Assembly (NCBI RefSeq): GCF_036321535.1
Contig: NC_087462.1
Coordinates: 7,254,001-7,318,000 of the forward strand
Direction of reading: 5' to 3'
From: Camelus dromedarius
Lineage: Eukaryota
DNA length: 64,000 nucleotides
Shown in pieces: positions 50,101 through 64,000 of the stretch. Position numbers and translations under genes: made by a program. Under the pieces are notes generated by a model. The model did not search any database and had not been told where the DNA came from. It was given only the letters and a program-made list of their open reading frames with translations. Each line of letters begins with the position of its first letter. Position 1 is the first letter of the stretch.

Positions 50101-50408
50101 CGAGACATGGGGCATGACAAAGGTGGGACCAGGGTCCAGTCCTGGGCTGGGGAGTGGGCAGGGCTGGCAGGGGAGTCCAGGCCCTGAGGTGTGTGGTTTG
50201 CACACAGGCAGCAGAAAAGCAAATGAAGGACAAGCAGGATGAAGAGCAGAGGCTAAAGGAGGAGGAGGAGGACAAGAAGCGCAAGGAGGAGGAGGAGGCA
50301 GACAAGGAGGATGAGGATGACAAGGAGGAGGACGAGGAGGACGAGGATGACAAGGAGGAGGACGAGGAAGAAGATGCTGCCGCTGGCCAGGCCAAGGATG
50401 AGCTGTAG
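47136..50408 (+). CDS. CALR: Calreticulin, 417 aa
   Basis: Exons 47136-47226, 47584-47685, 47871-48074, 48518-48612, 48702-48911, 48993-49106, 49187-49330, 50030-50122, 50208-50408 (1254 nt). Signal peptide, lectin domain (IDCGGGYVK), P-domain repeats (KPEDWD), acidic tail, C-terminal KDEL. ATTAAA at 50970-50975. Confidence 0.99.
49618..49690 (-). mobile_element. Deleted camelid SINE remnant in CALR intron 7
   Basis: AGAGGCACTGGGGATTGAA...ACCAATGAGCTATAACTCCC resembles both ends of the same SINE with the middle missing. Confidence 0.6.
49775..49900 (-). mobile_element. MIR SINE in CALR intron 7
   Basis: CCCCATTTTACAGATGAAGAAACTGAGGTGCAGAGAAGTGAAGTCACCAGCCTAAG...GGCAGAGTTGGGGTTTGAACCCAGGCAGTCTG. 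Confidence 0.8.
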
Positions 50409-52449
50409 GGGCCACACCACCACCTCCAGGGTTGGACTGAGGCCTGAGCGCTCCTGCTGCAGAGCAGGCCGCGCCAAATAATGTCTCTATGAGACTGGAG
50501 AACTTTTTTTTTTTTTCCAGGCGGGTTCTGATTAGGGGTGGATATTGGTTTTGTCCCCCCACCATCCCCCCCTTTTTTTTTAACTGGTGTTTTGTCTCTG
50601 ATTCTCCTTCAGCCCTCATCCCTGGCCTTCATCTTTCTTAATTTGACATTTTCACCTGTCCCTTGCTCTCCTCAGATCCCTTAGTTCCCCTCCAACTTGG
50701 GGACTCAGGGTAGATTGGGATATGGTGTAGAGGAGAAGCCCCAGGCCCAAGATTCCATCTTTTCACCTTCCCTGGATCCCAGAGGGGTGTAGGGGAAGAG
50801 GGTGGTATCCCCAGCCTTTCAGCACTGAGGAAGAATGGGGCTCTTAGGACCTGGGCTCTGACCCACCCCCGCTTTCTTCCCCGCCCCCAGAAATGGGCCA
50901 CTTCTGAGTGGGGCAGCGGGTTCTAGCTCGGCTCATACTGAGAATGTAAGAACTACAAACAAAATTTCTATTAAATTAAGTTTTGTGTCTTCCTCCTGTG
51001 TCTCCTTTTGTGGGAGGTGACTTAAGTGAGGCTCATTTTTCATCCACTAAAGTGTTGGCTGAATGTCCCATAAGGTTACAGGGGCCCTTGTTTACCCCTA
51101 GAATCCCAAATGAGTGGGAAAGAGTAACTTAAAAGTACTGTTACAGAGACTCCATGTATTAACTCTTTTGAGTCCTTGCATAAAACTGGTGAGTTGGTTT
51201 TAGTACCAGTTTGATGAGGAGACTGAGGTCCAGACTTTAAGAGGTGGGACAGGGATATGAGCCCACACCTTAGCCACTATCTCATACTGACTGTTTTATA
51301 CTGAACTGCTTTAGTATATATGTACCTCTTTTACCTACTAAGGAACAAGATTACATAGAGCTATTGGAGAGTTTTAAACATCTTAGTACTAGCCAAAAGA
51401 TTTTTTTTTAATAGTCAAGGAAGTAGGTTTAGAGATTTTATTTAGCATGCCTGTGTTCTTCGTTGGCCAAGTTGGGATTTGAACCTTTGGAAGGGAAAAA
51501 GGTGGCCTCAAGGGAAGGTGCAGAAATGCAGAGGGTCTGGCTCCACCTCTATTGGGTTTCATGAGGCTGCCACTTAAGTCCAGTAGGTAGTTGGAAACTG
51601 ATGTGCCTTGCTGCAGGAGAGGTAAGAATCAATGAAGCCTGGCCTATTCTGGAAGCTTATGGTGTGCAGTGAAGGGAGAAGCAGCAGGACCAAGTTAGAA
51701 TTGGGTAATGCACGAGAGGTGACAGGTAACTGCCTGGAGTCCTACTTGGATGGGAATGGTGAGAACAGGTTTGGAGGCAAGTTCATGGTCAGTTGAGGAC
51801 TTTGGAGGATGGGGAAGTCCACCCACTAACTGGAAGGTAAGCCCATCGCCATCCAGTCAGCCACAGCACCCTCTTCTGCTTTGGCCAACCAACCTTTCAA
51901 TTCTTGTTCTTTGGATAGGACTTCACGCTTCCTTCCTGTGGCCTGTGGCCCAGCCCCAGCCTTCTGGGAAGCCTCCAGGATTGATGTATCTAGCGAAAGT
52001 TTAAGGAGGGAATTTTGTATTCAATGTAGGAAAGACTAGAAAGTTACATCTTCCTTAAATACTTCAAATGGTCAGGAAAGGAGCTGCAGAGAGATGGGAG
52101 ACCTAGGAATTAGACCTGCAGATTCACTCAAAAAATCCAGCTCTTGCCTCACGAATGAATGGGGCCACAAGATGGCCTTGTGTCCCTGCTTCCACAGCCA
52201 AACATGTTTAGTGTGTGGGATTTGTATTTTTAATTGTTGGTAACTTTCAAGTATCCTTTATAGGTTTTTCAGGGCTTGACAGGCTTCCTGTCAGGGTGGG
52301 CAGACCAGAATAAGCCCCAATTGGAACGAGCAAAAAAAATGAACACAAGATTTTTATGGAAGAAATACAAGTGTCGATACATGTACATGAAAATTTTGCT
52401 CAACGTCAGCAAATAAATGAAACTTACGGGGGCGAAACTGGGGACATCG

Positions 52450-52720
52450 GAGCCATTTTGTGGCCGCATTACGTCACCGCTGACGGGGAAGGCGTCACTC
52501 GCAGGAAGCCACGTGATGGTTGTGCTTGCGGAGTGAGAAGCCACCTCCCGGCCAAGGGGCAAAGTTAAGTCTGCGCATGCCTCGCTCGAGGCCACAATTG
52601 CGCACGCTCACGAAGGACAAGAGGGGCGCGCACAGGTCACGTGCTCCGGTGGTCGGCGCGCGCACCGCCTGCCCCGGAAGCGGTCTGCGTGCGGCGCGGC
52701 TGGGCGCTAAGATGGCGGCG
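52450..52720 (+). promoter_or_regulatory. RAD23A TATA-less CpG-island promoter
   Basis: TTACGTCA (CRE-like) 52469-52476, CACGTG 52510 and 52638, TGCGCATGC (NRF1) 52572-52580, CCGGAAG (ETS) 52674-52680, AAGATGGCGGC (YY1) 52709-52719. Confidence 0.7.
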
Positions 52721-52777
52721 GCGTGAGTTGCATGTTGTGTGAGGATCCCGGGGCCGCCGTGTCGCTCGGGCCCCACC

Positions 52778-56794
<4,017 letters not shown>

Positions 56795-58003
56795 TGCCAG
56801 GAGGCCAGGCCGCCCATCGACCCCTCCTTCTACAAAAGTTTTATAAAAGAAAAAGTATATATATATATTCACGTTTATTTAAGAAGTGGAAAAAAAAATC
56901 AAAAACCTAAAAAAAAAAACCCACCCCAATTTCCCCCTCCTAAAGTGGCCCCTATTCCTGTCTTGGCCTGAGAAGACCTGGGCCAGACAGCTGTCCCCCC
57001 TTTCCCCCGCCCCAGCCCAGCCTGCTCCAAGGAGCTGGCAGGACTGGAGGTGACAGATGGGCCCCTCTTGGCCTCTGTCCCAGCTCCCTGCAGCCAGATG
57101 GAGAGGCGGCTGCTTGCTTCCCCATCCCCCAAAGAGCCCCTGAGACCTCCCCCCACCCTCTTCCAGGGCGAGGGGAAGCTGGAGCTGTAAACTTTGATCC
57201 TCCATTGGAGTGGCCCAAATCTTTCCATCTGGGGTGAGCACTCAGAGGCCCAAGATTCCCCTCCCTGGTCTGGCTTTGGCCTCCATCCTGCATCCCTTTG
57301 CTGGGGAGGAGGAAGCCTGGTTTGTCCCGCCTGGGGAGGGGGAAACATCAGAGTTGCTCTGGAGGTCAAGGCCACCCCCCACCCCAGAACAGAACCGTGT
57401 CTCTGATAAAGGTTTTGAAGTGAATAAAGTTTCAAAAGCCAGTCCTGTGGTTTGTGCCTGCTGGGGCTTCCCACTTCAGCTTGTCTGGGTCTGGGGGCTG
57501 GTTGGGCCCAGGAGATGCAGGCATGCCACAAAGGGACAGAGGGCTCTGTCAGCTTCTGCAAATTGTGGCGTCCAGTGTTTCCACCCCCTCCCCCCAAGCT
57601 GTCTCATTCCCAGGCAGTGGGCCCCAGCCCTGGCTCAGCCTTGGAAGGGCTGCTTCTCCCTGCCCCCCACCATCATCACCACAGTCTGTTTTGGCTACAC
57701 TTCCCCCCTGGTAATTGGCTAATTACTGGAGATTAATGTTGGTAAACAGAAGCCTTCTTCTACACTGCCATCTGCTCCTCCATTATTTCCCCATTGCATC
57801 CCCCTTTCTCTCCCCCCAAGCCCCGGAGTTAGTCGGCCTGGCCTAGTGTCCCTGAGTGAGCAGAGCCAGGGAAGGGTGGGGGATTCCCTGGCTCCAGGTG
57901 TTGGGCAAAGAACCAGGGTGCCCAGGGAGGGACATAATGAGAGGACACAGCTCTCTGAGGGTGGGGCTATCAAGCAGCAGGTTTTACTGGGAAAGAACAC
58001 AGC

Positions 58004-60008
58004 TCAAGAGCTGGGTGTTGCAGAGGCTGCTGGGTCCTCGGCTACAGCAGCAGCCATTGCAGCAGCTCGTGCCTCCTTCTTCTTCCTTTGTTTCTCCTCC
58101 TTGAGGCGCTTGCGGTGCTGCTTCTCCAAGTCCTGCAGCAGCTCCTGGAAGCGGGCACTCCGTGGGTCCACGTGGTATCCCAGGCGCTCCTGGGCCTCAG
58201 CCTGCAGCCGGGCCCGCCGCTCCTTGTCTGCTTGCTCCTTCTCCCTACGCTCCTGCTGCTGCCGCCGCCAGTTCTCAATCATCTGTGGCATCTTGGCCAT
58301 GCGCTCTTCAATGAGCTGCTCCCTGCAGGGGTAGAAGGGTAGTCAGTGAGGGCAGCCACTCCCAGCCAGAGCAGCCCTCATCCACATCCCATCCCAAGCC
58401 TTTGCCCACATCCTGCCTCTCCAAGTTGAAAAACTTAACGGTGGCCATTAAAACTGTCAAGAAAAGTCCTTGACAAGTGAAGAAAGAGGTAGGAGAGAGA
58501 AACTAACTTGTGTGTGACCTTGAGCACAAGAAAGCCAAACCCCAGTAACCCCAAGGAGTAGACCCCAAGTCAACCCAACATCTCCCTAAGCTGTCTGCTG
58601 AGCCATTCAAGTGCTGCATATTATGTGGGGCCATTCCCACAGCTCACTCCATCCTACAGATGTCACTGAGCACCCACTGTATGCCAGGCCCAGTTCTAGG
58701 TGCAAGAGTCAAGGCAAGAAATGGGTTGGACCTTTCCCTTCAATCTTACGAGTTTTTAGGTGCCAGGCACGGTCCCATTTTAAGGATTAGAAACATGAAG
58801 CTGAAAGAACTAAAGCCCCATGTCATGGTTATCCAGCTGGGAAAACTGGCTTTATGAGAGACAGGGGTCACATCCTAGCTCCACTGTTCACTGCCTGGGT
58901 GACTGGACAAGTGACTTCCTCCCAGGATGAGTCTCCTCATCTATAAAGAGTGTTCCTCTTAGAGCTGTTGTGAGGACAGGAACAAACACCAGGAACACAC
59001 CTGCCTAACTTTGGCTGCCCCTCCCTCCAGTAAGTGGTGGCATGTCCATGTCCCTGGTCTTGCCGTCATTCTTCCCTCAAGTCTAAATCCTTCAGACCTG
59101 CCTCCAAGTCCTACCTTTGCCCTTGACTCCATGCCCCATTACCCCCAACTCTTCCCCAGCCACACTGATGTCCAGGCTGTTCCTTAAAGCACGTTCCTAT
59201 ACCTCAGGGCCTTTGCACCAGCTGCTCCCTCAACCAGAAATACTCTCCCTAAGATCTTCCCATGGTTATGTCTGGCCATTCAGGGGTCTGCTTAAACATT
59301 TAAACATCAAGTTCGCAGAGCGGCCTGAGGCCTACCAAACCAAAGGTGCCTTTGGGCGTGCACTCACCACCCAATTTATTTACCTAATGGCTCTCAGTTG
59401 CCATATGAAATAATCTTTGTTCCCTGCTGTGTCCTCAGCACCCAAGACAAGGTCTTGCACACAGCAGGCGTTCAGTAAAGATTTGTTGATTAATGACTAA
59501 ATGAACCGTTATTCATAAGTCTTGTTTTGCATGTCGGTGAGCAGGAACATAAATACTGCACGGAAACCCCGCGATAAGCGGCGGATCAAGTAAGCACTGT
59601 TGGGGCACAATCCACCCAAGGCCTGCAGCCCCGCGCCTGCTCGACCGCACGCACGCACCTGGCTTGACGCTTCTCCTCCTCGGCCAGCTGCTGCACCCGC
59701 AGCGACTCCTGCATGGCCGCCAGGCTCGGGTACCATTCGCGCTCCTCAGCCTCCAGCTCACGCAGCTGCTCCCGCGACGGCCACAGAGAACCGGCGGCCA
59801 CCCCGGAGGCGGCGCCATGCCGCGCGAACTGCTTAGCCGCATGGCGTGGCCCCAGCTGCCAGCGCGGGGTCAGCGGGTCATCCGGGTCCGGCCAGCAGGG
59901 TCCCGGCGAGCGGCGCGGAGGCGGCGGCGCCCGGTAGTTGCGGGAGCCGGGGCCCAGGGTCGACGCCAGCCCGAGCAGGCCGCGCGCTTGCCGCACGGGC
60001 GCAGCCAT
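58004..60008 (-). CDS. GADD45GIP1: GADD45G-interacting protein 1 (CRIF1, mitoribosomal mL64), 222 aa
   Basis: Exons 60008-59659 and 58322-58004 (669 nt). [33 protein letters not shown]..., coiled coil [57 protein letters not shown]. Confidence 0.97.
59090..59500 (+). mobile_element. LINE-2 3' remnant in the GADD45GIP1 intron
   Basis: CCTCAGGGCCTTTGCACCAGCTGCTCCCTC...GCAGGCGTTCAGTAAAGATTTGTTGATTAATGA. Confidence 0.65.
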
Positions 60009-60140
60009 CTTGGCCGTGCGGGGTCCTCGCGGGCTGGCCGGGCTGGCCAAGGCGCTGCCTGCGCGTGAGGGCTGCTGGGGGCCTGGGGCCGCGAGGGGCT
60101 TCCCGGCTGCCTCAGTGCCAGGCAGGGAGAAGGCGCGGCG

Positions 60141-60680
60141 TAGTGTAGTTTTTACACGTCTTCACGTATAATTTTAAATTTATTGTACCAGTTAATTTAT
60201 TAAAATCGTCTCTTTAATTTGTATTTTAAAAATAGCATTTAGTTTTTAGTTTAAAATTTAAGTGTTTGAAATTTAAACAATAATTTTAAAAATTTATTTA
60301 AAACCTTCACGTAGCATTTCAATTTTTTTGTCGTACTTATTTATATTTTAATTTAAATATTCTAAATGTGTTTAAAACGGTAAAGTATTTAAATATTTAA
60401 ACATTTGTTTAAGTATTGTTCATAACATTTTATGCTTTTAGGTTTGATTTTAATATCTTTATTAACATTTTAATTTTGAATAATTATTTAAAACTTTAAC
60501 GTTTAAATGTTTATATTTCTGTTTAAAACATTTAAATTTGTAACTATTATTGGAGATATTTATGTGGAAATTTTATTTTAAATTCTACTGTAAATATTTA
60601 CTTTATGCCTTTTAATTTAATTTTTTGTATCTTAAAATGTTTGATCGTTATGCAGAAATTAAACATTATTTTTTAAAAAG
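60141..60680. other. Extremely AT-rich block upstream of GADD45GIP1
   Basis: Hand count about 93 G+C in 540 bp (about 17%), about 16 TTTAAA, 8 CpG; sharp border with the CpG island at 60140. Confidence 0.9.
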
Positions 60681-60684
60681 GATT

Positions 60685-61130
60685 TCCACTTTAAAAAAGA
60701 AGGAAATTCTGACTCATGCTACAGCATGGATGAACTTGAAAGATATTATGCTGAGTGAAATAAGGCAGTCAGAAAAGGACATAGATTATATGATTCCACT
60801 TATATGAGGCCCCTAGAGTAGTCAAATTCATAGAGTGGTTGGAGGGGCAGGGACATGGGGAATAAGAGTNNNNNNNNNNNNNNNNNNNNNNNNNNNNNNN
60901 NNNNNNNNNNNNNNNNNNNNNNNNNNNNNNNNNNNNNNNNNNNNNNNNNNNNNNNNNNNNNNNNNNNNNNNNNNNNNNNNNNNNNNNNNNNNNNNNNNNN
61001 NNNNNNNNNNNNNNNNNNNNNNNNNNNNNNNNNNNNNNNNAAAAACCCTTGCAATTTGCTCAGTGAACCAGGAAACCTGGATGAGAATGTTCACAGTTCA
61101 CAGCAATACCATATATCTGATATAAATTAG
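60685..61130 (+). mobile_element. LINE-1 (L1MA/MB) 3' UTR fragment with N gap 60870-61040
   Basis: AAGAAGGAAATTCTGACTCATGCTACAGCATGGATGAACTTGAAAGATATTATGCTGAGTGAAATAAGGCAGTCAGAAAAGGACA. Confidence 0.85.
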
Positions 61131-62360
61131 TCTCAGGCTGGAAACAACCCACCCGAGTCCATCTGCAGTAGACTGGATACCTAAATTTTGATGTTTCAGC
61201 CAACAGAATACTACACGGGATTGCAAGAGCATTCACTGCGGCTCACAACAATGTGGATGATCCTCACAGACTTCTTATGCAGCAAAGGAAGCAGGACTCA
61301 AATGATTCCTTTTCATAAAGGAACATTTTTCCTTGTGTAAGGTTTACACAAATTGTCCTTTTCATACAAAGTCGAAAAATCCTGGTGTCATTCTGGATGC
61401 ATGCCTTAAGGGGTAAACGATAAAGAAAAACCAGGCAGTGATCATTCTAGGAGTCAGGATAAGATGCCTCTGGTGGGGATGAGGGGGCATCTGGATGGTG
61501 GTCACATGGCAGAGGGTGGGAGGGGTTTGCTTTGTGACAGGTCATTGAGCTGGGCATTCCCATTCCGTTAGCTTTTCTCTAAGTGGACTCCATTCAATGT
61601 TATTTCTTGATCTGGGCTTCAGCAATGGCTGAGTTATAATGATTCGTTCAGTTGTCTGTAACTGTCTATGTGTGGGTTGCACACTTTCCTGTAGATTTAT
61701 TGTATTTCACAACTTAAAAGATGAAAATACAAGCAACAGAAAGGATTATAGTGAGGAGTCTTACTCCTCCCTCCCTCCCATCCTCCGCTTCCCTGTCTGT
61801 GCCCCTCAACCCCCATTGGTGGTAGTTTTGTATATAACCTGGAGAACTGCTTTGTATACTCTCATTTACAGTGTTAGTGAATTATTTCAGAAGGACAGAA
61901 GGGTACAGTCATTGTGTCATCATCCGGATTTAACAAATAGTCACACTTTGGCTGAACTGCCTCAGATAAATATATACATATATATATTTAATTCCTTCTA
62001 ATAAAAATTGAGCTCTATTATGAAAGCCTCCAGTGACAGTAAGGCCTCCACCAGCAGGTACCACCCCTTTCCCTCCCCCTTGCCCTCCATCCTTCTCAGG
62101 AGTAACAGTTATTTTGAAATTAGCTTGTTCTTCCAAGACCAGTCTTTCTGCATTCCCTTCTTATCTGGAGTCTGGAAGCAGTATCAATATATCTATTTTT
62201 AAACAGTTTATGTAAATGGTATCCTGAGTGTATGAATTTGCAACTTTTCTCTCTCAACCTCTTGGTTTCCAGATATTCCTGGGAAGGTGGATCCCTGTAG
62301 ATTTATTGAACATACAGTGTTGCCAGGTTTTTCACATTCCAAGTCACAGGATGCATTATT

Positions 62361-63102
62361 TTTTTAAATTAATTAATTAATTAAATTGAAGTATGGTCGG
62401 TATACACTGTTAGTTTTTGGTGTACAGCAAAGTGATTCATTTTTACATACAAATATTTCTTTCAATTTTCTTTCTCATTAGAGGTTACTGCAAGATATTG
62501 AATATAGTTCCCTGTGCTATACAGTAGGTCCTTATTGTTTATCTATTTTATATATAGTTGTTAGTATCTGCAAATCCCAAACTCCCAATTTATCCCTCCG
62601 CACCCTCTCCCCCCACCACCCATAAGTTTGTTTTCTGTCTGAGTCTATCTCTGTTTTGTAAATAAATTCATTTGTGTCTTTTTTTTTTAAGATTCCACAT
62701 GTCAGTAATATCATGTGGTATTTTTCTTTCTCTTTCTGGCTTACTTCACTTAGAATGACAGTCTCCAGGTCTATCTATGTTGCTGCAAAGGGCATTATCG
62801 TATTCTTTTTTATGACTGAGTAATATTCCATTGTATAAGTATACCACAATTTCTTTATCTGGTCATCTGTAAATGGACATTTAGGTTGCTTCCATGTCTT
62901 GGCTTTTGTCAGTAGTGCTGCTATGAACAATGGGGTGCATGTATCTCTTTTCTTGTGGTTTGATTAGAGAAGTTCCCTTAACATTTGTTGTAAAGCTGGT
63001 CTGGTGATGCTGAATTCTTCTAGCTTTTGTTTATCTGTGAAGATTTTGATTTCTCCATCAAACCTGAATGAGAGCCTTGCAGGGTAGAGTATTCATGGGG
63101 CC
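62361..63102 (-). mobile_element. LINE-1 copy: ORF1 C-terminus joined to ORF2 end and 3' UTR
   Basis: 3' UTR/poly-T at 62361-62945; ORF1-like ILYPARLSFRFDGEIKIFTDKQKLEEFSITRPALQQMLRELL* at about 63092-62964; candidate TSD cattatt at 62354-62360 and 63103-63109. Confidence 0.8.
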
Positions 63103-63209
63103 CATTATTGATTCAGGAAGTCAGTGAGGTACTTTTTAACCAGCATTTATTTATTTATTTACTTTCGGGTTTACAATAAAGGGAAGAATGATTCATAAAC
63201 CTTAGGAAT

Positions 63210-63710
63210 TTAAAATCTTTAAAATTTATTTATTTTTTAAAAATTGTGACATAATACGCATAAAACTTACCACAGTAACCATTTTTAAGTCTGCTGCTCA
63301 GCGGCATTGAGCACATTCACATCACCATCATCTGTCTCCAGGACTTTGTCATCTTACAGAATGGAATCTCTGTCCCCATTAAACACTTAACTCCCTCTTC
63401 TCCCTGGTAATGACTGTTCTACTTTCTGTCCCAGTGAAATTGTNNNNNNNNNNNNNNNNNNNNNNNNNNNNNNNNNNNNNNNNNNNNNNNNNNNNNNNNN
63501 NNNNNNNNNNNNNNNNNNNNNNNNNNNNNNNNNNNNNNNNNNNNNNNNNNNNNNNNNNNNNNNNNNNNNNNNNNNNNNNNNNNNNNNNNNNNNNNNNNNN
63601 NNNNNNNNATATTTAGTTTATCCATTCATCCCCTGATGGATGTTTGGGTTGCTTCCACCTTTTGGCTATTGTGAATAATGTTCCTGTGAATGTAGGTGTA
63701 GAGCAGTTAC
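63210..63710 (-). mobile_element. Old L1M 3' end with N gap 63444-63609
   Basis: CCATTTTTAAGTCTGCTGCTCAGCGGCATTGAGCACATTCAC...TTTATCCATTCATCCCCTGATGGATGTTTGGGTTGCTTCCACCTTTTGGCTATTGTGAATAATG. Confidence 0.8.
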
Positions 63711-64000
63711 TATCAATGAAAAAGATAGAATAAAATTTAAGTATCAGAGTATATCACATATAGTAAGGGTAAGTATCGTTTGGTAAAACTTTCATTTCTG
63801 TCACATATACATGTAGGGATATGCTGGTGATAGAGTTGCAATTGATGCTCACAAACCTTCCCCAAGCAACCATTTTATTATGCTCATTAAGTGTGTAGAT
63901 GAGGAATTTGGGCAGGGCACAGTGGGGATGGCTTGTCTCTGCTCCGTGCTGTCTGCAGCCCCCATGGGAAGAATGGAGAGCTGAGTGACTTAACACCTGG

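Noticed and set aside
50313-50368. Direct repeats as a possible CRISPR-like or regulatory array (also 11830-11852 and 21435-21461)
   Set aside because: Only two copies each, no unique spacers, eukaryotic context; these are codon-level or slippage duplications.
56899-57722. 232-aa minus-strand and 170-aa plus-strand ORFs in the RAD23A 3' UTR
   Set aside because: GC-rich UTR, no domain-like content or exon structure; consistent with chance.
59586-60050. ORF-track N-terminal extension of GADD45GIP1 ([14 protein letters not shown])
   Set aside because: It begins at TTG, not ATG; the real start AAGATGG at 60008 has strong context and gives the expected 222 aa.
60141-60680. Idea that the AT-rich block is bisulfite-like or C-to-T hypermutated sequence
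   Set aside because: C and G are depleted about equally on the + strand, so there is no strand-specific C loss.

Overview
Mammalian genomic DNA, probably a camelid: the young tRNA-derived SINEs resemble the camelid Vic-1 type. It is syntenic with human 19p13.13. Nine protein-coding genes were reconstructed exon by exon from GT-AG junctions and reading-frame continuity, in order: MAST1 (3' part, +), DNASE2 (-), KLF1 (-), GCDH (+), SYCE2 (-, interlocked with GCDH), FARSA (-), CALR (+), RAD23A (+) and GADD45GIP1 (-). The rest is CpG-island promoters, SINE/MIR/L1/L2/DNA-transposon debris and five N gaps, two of which hide coding exons (FARSA exon 7, RAD23A exon 4). I see no convincing wholly new gene system. 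The best leads are: (1) a 540-bp, about 17% GC block that keeps its CpGs directly upstream of the GADD45GIP1 promoter; (2) a GCDH/SYCE2 overlap where one sequence is a tandem poly(A) signal on + and a splice-acceptor pyrimidine tract on -, next to an apparently frameshifted SYCE2 exon; (3) KLF1 lacking the SUMO consensus and carrying a 5-aa tandem duplication; (4) a 1-nt homopolymer shift in the FARSA C-terminus; (5) uORFs in RAD23A. All human/mouse comparisons are from memory, not from alignments.
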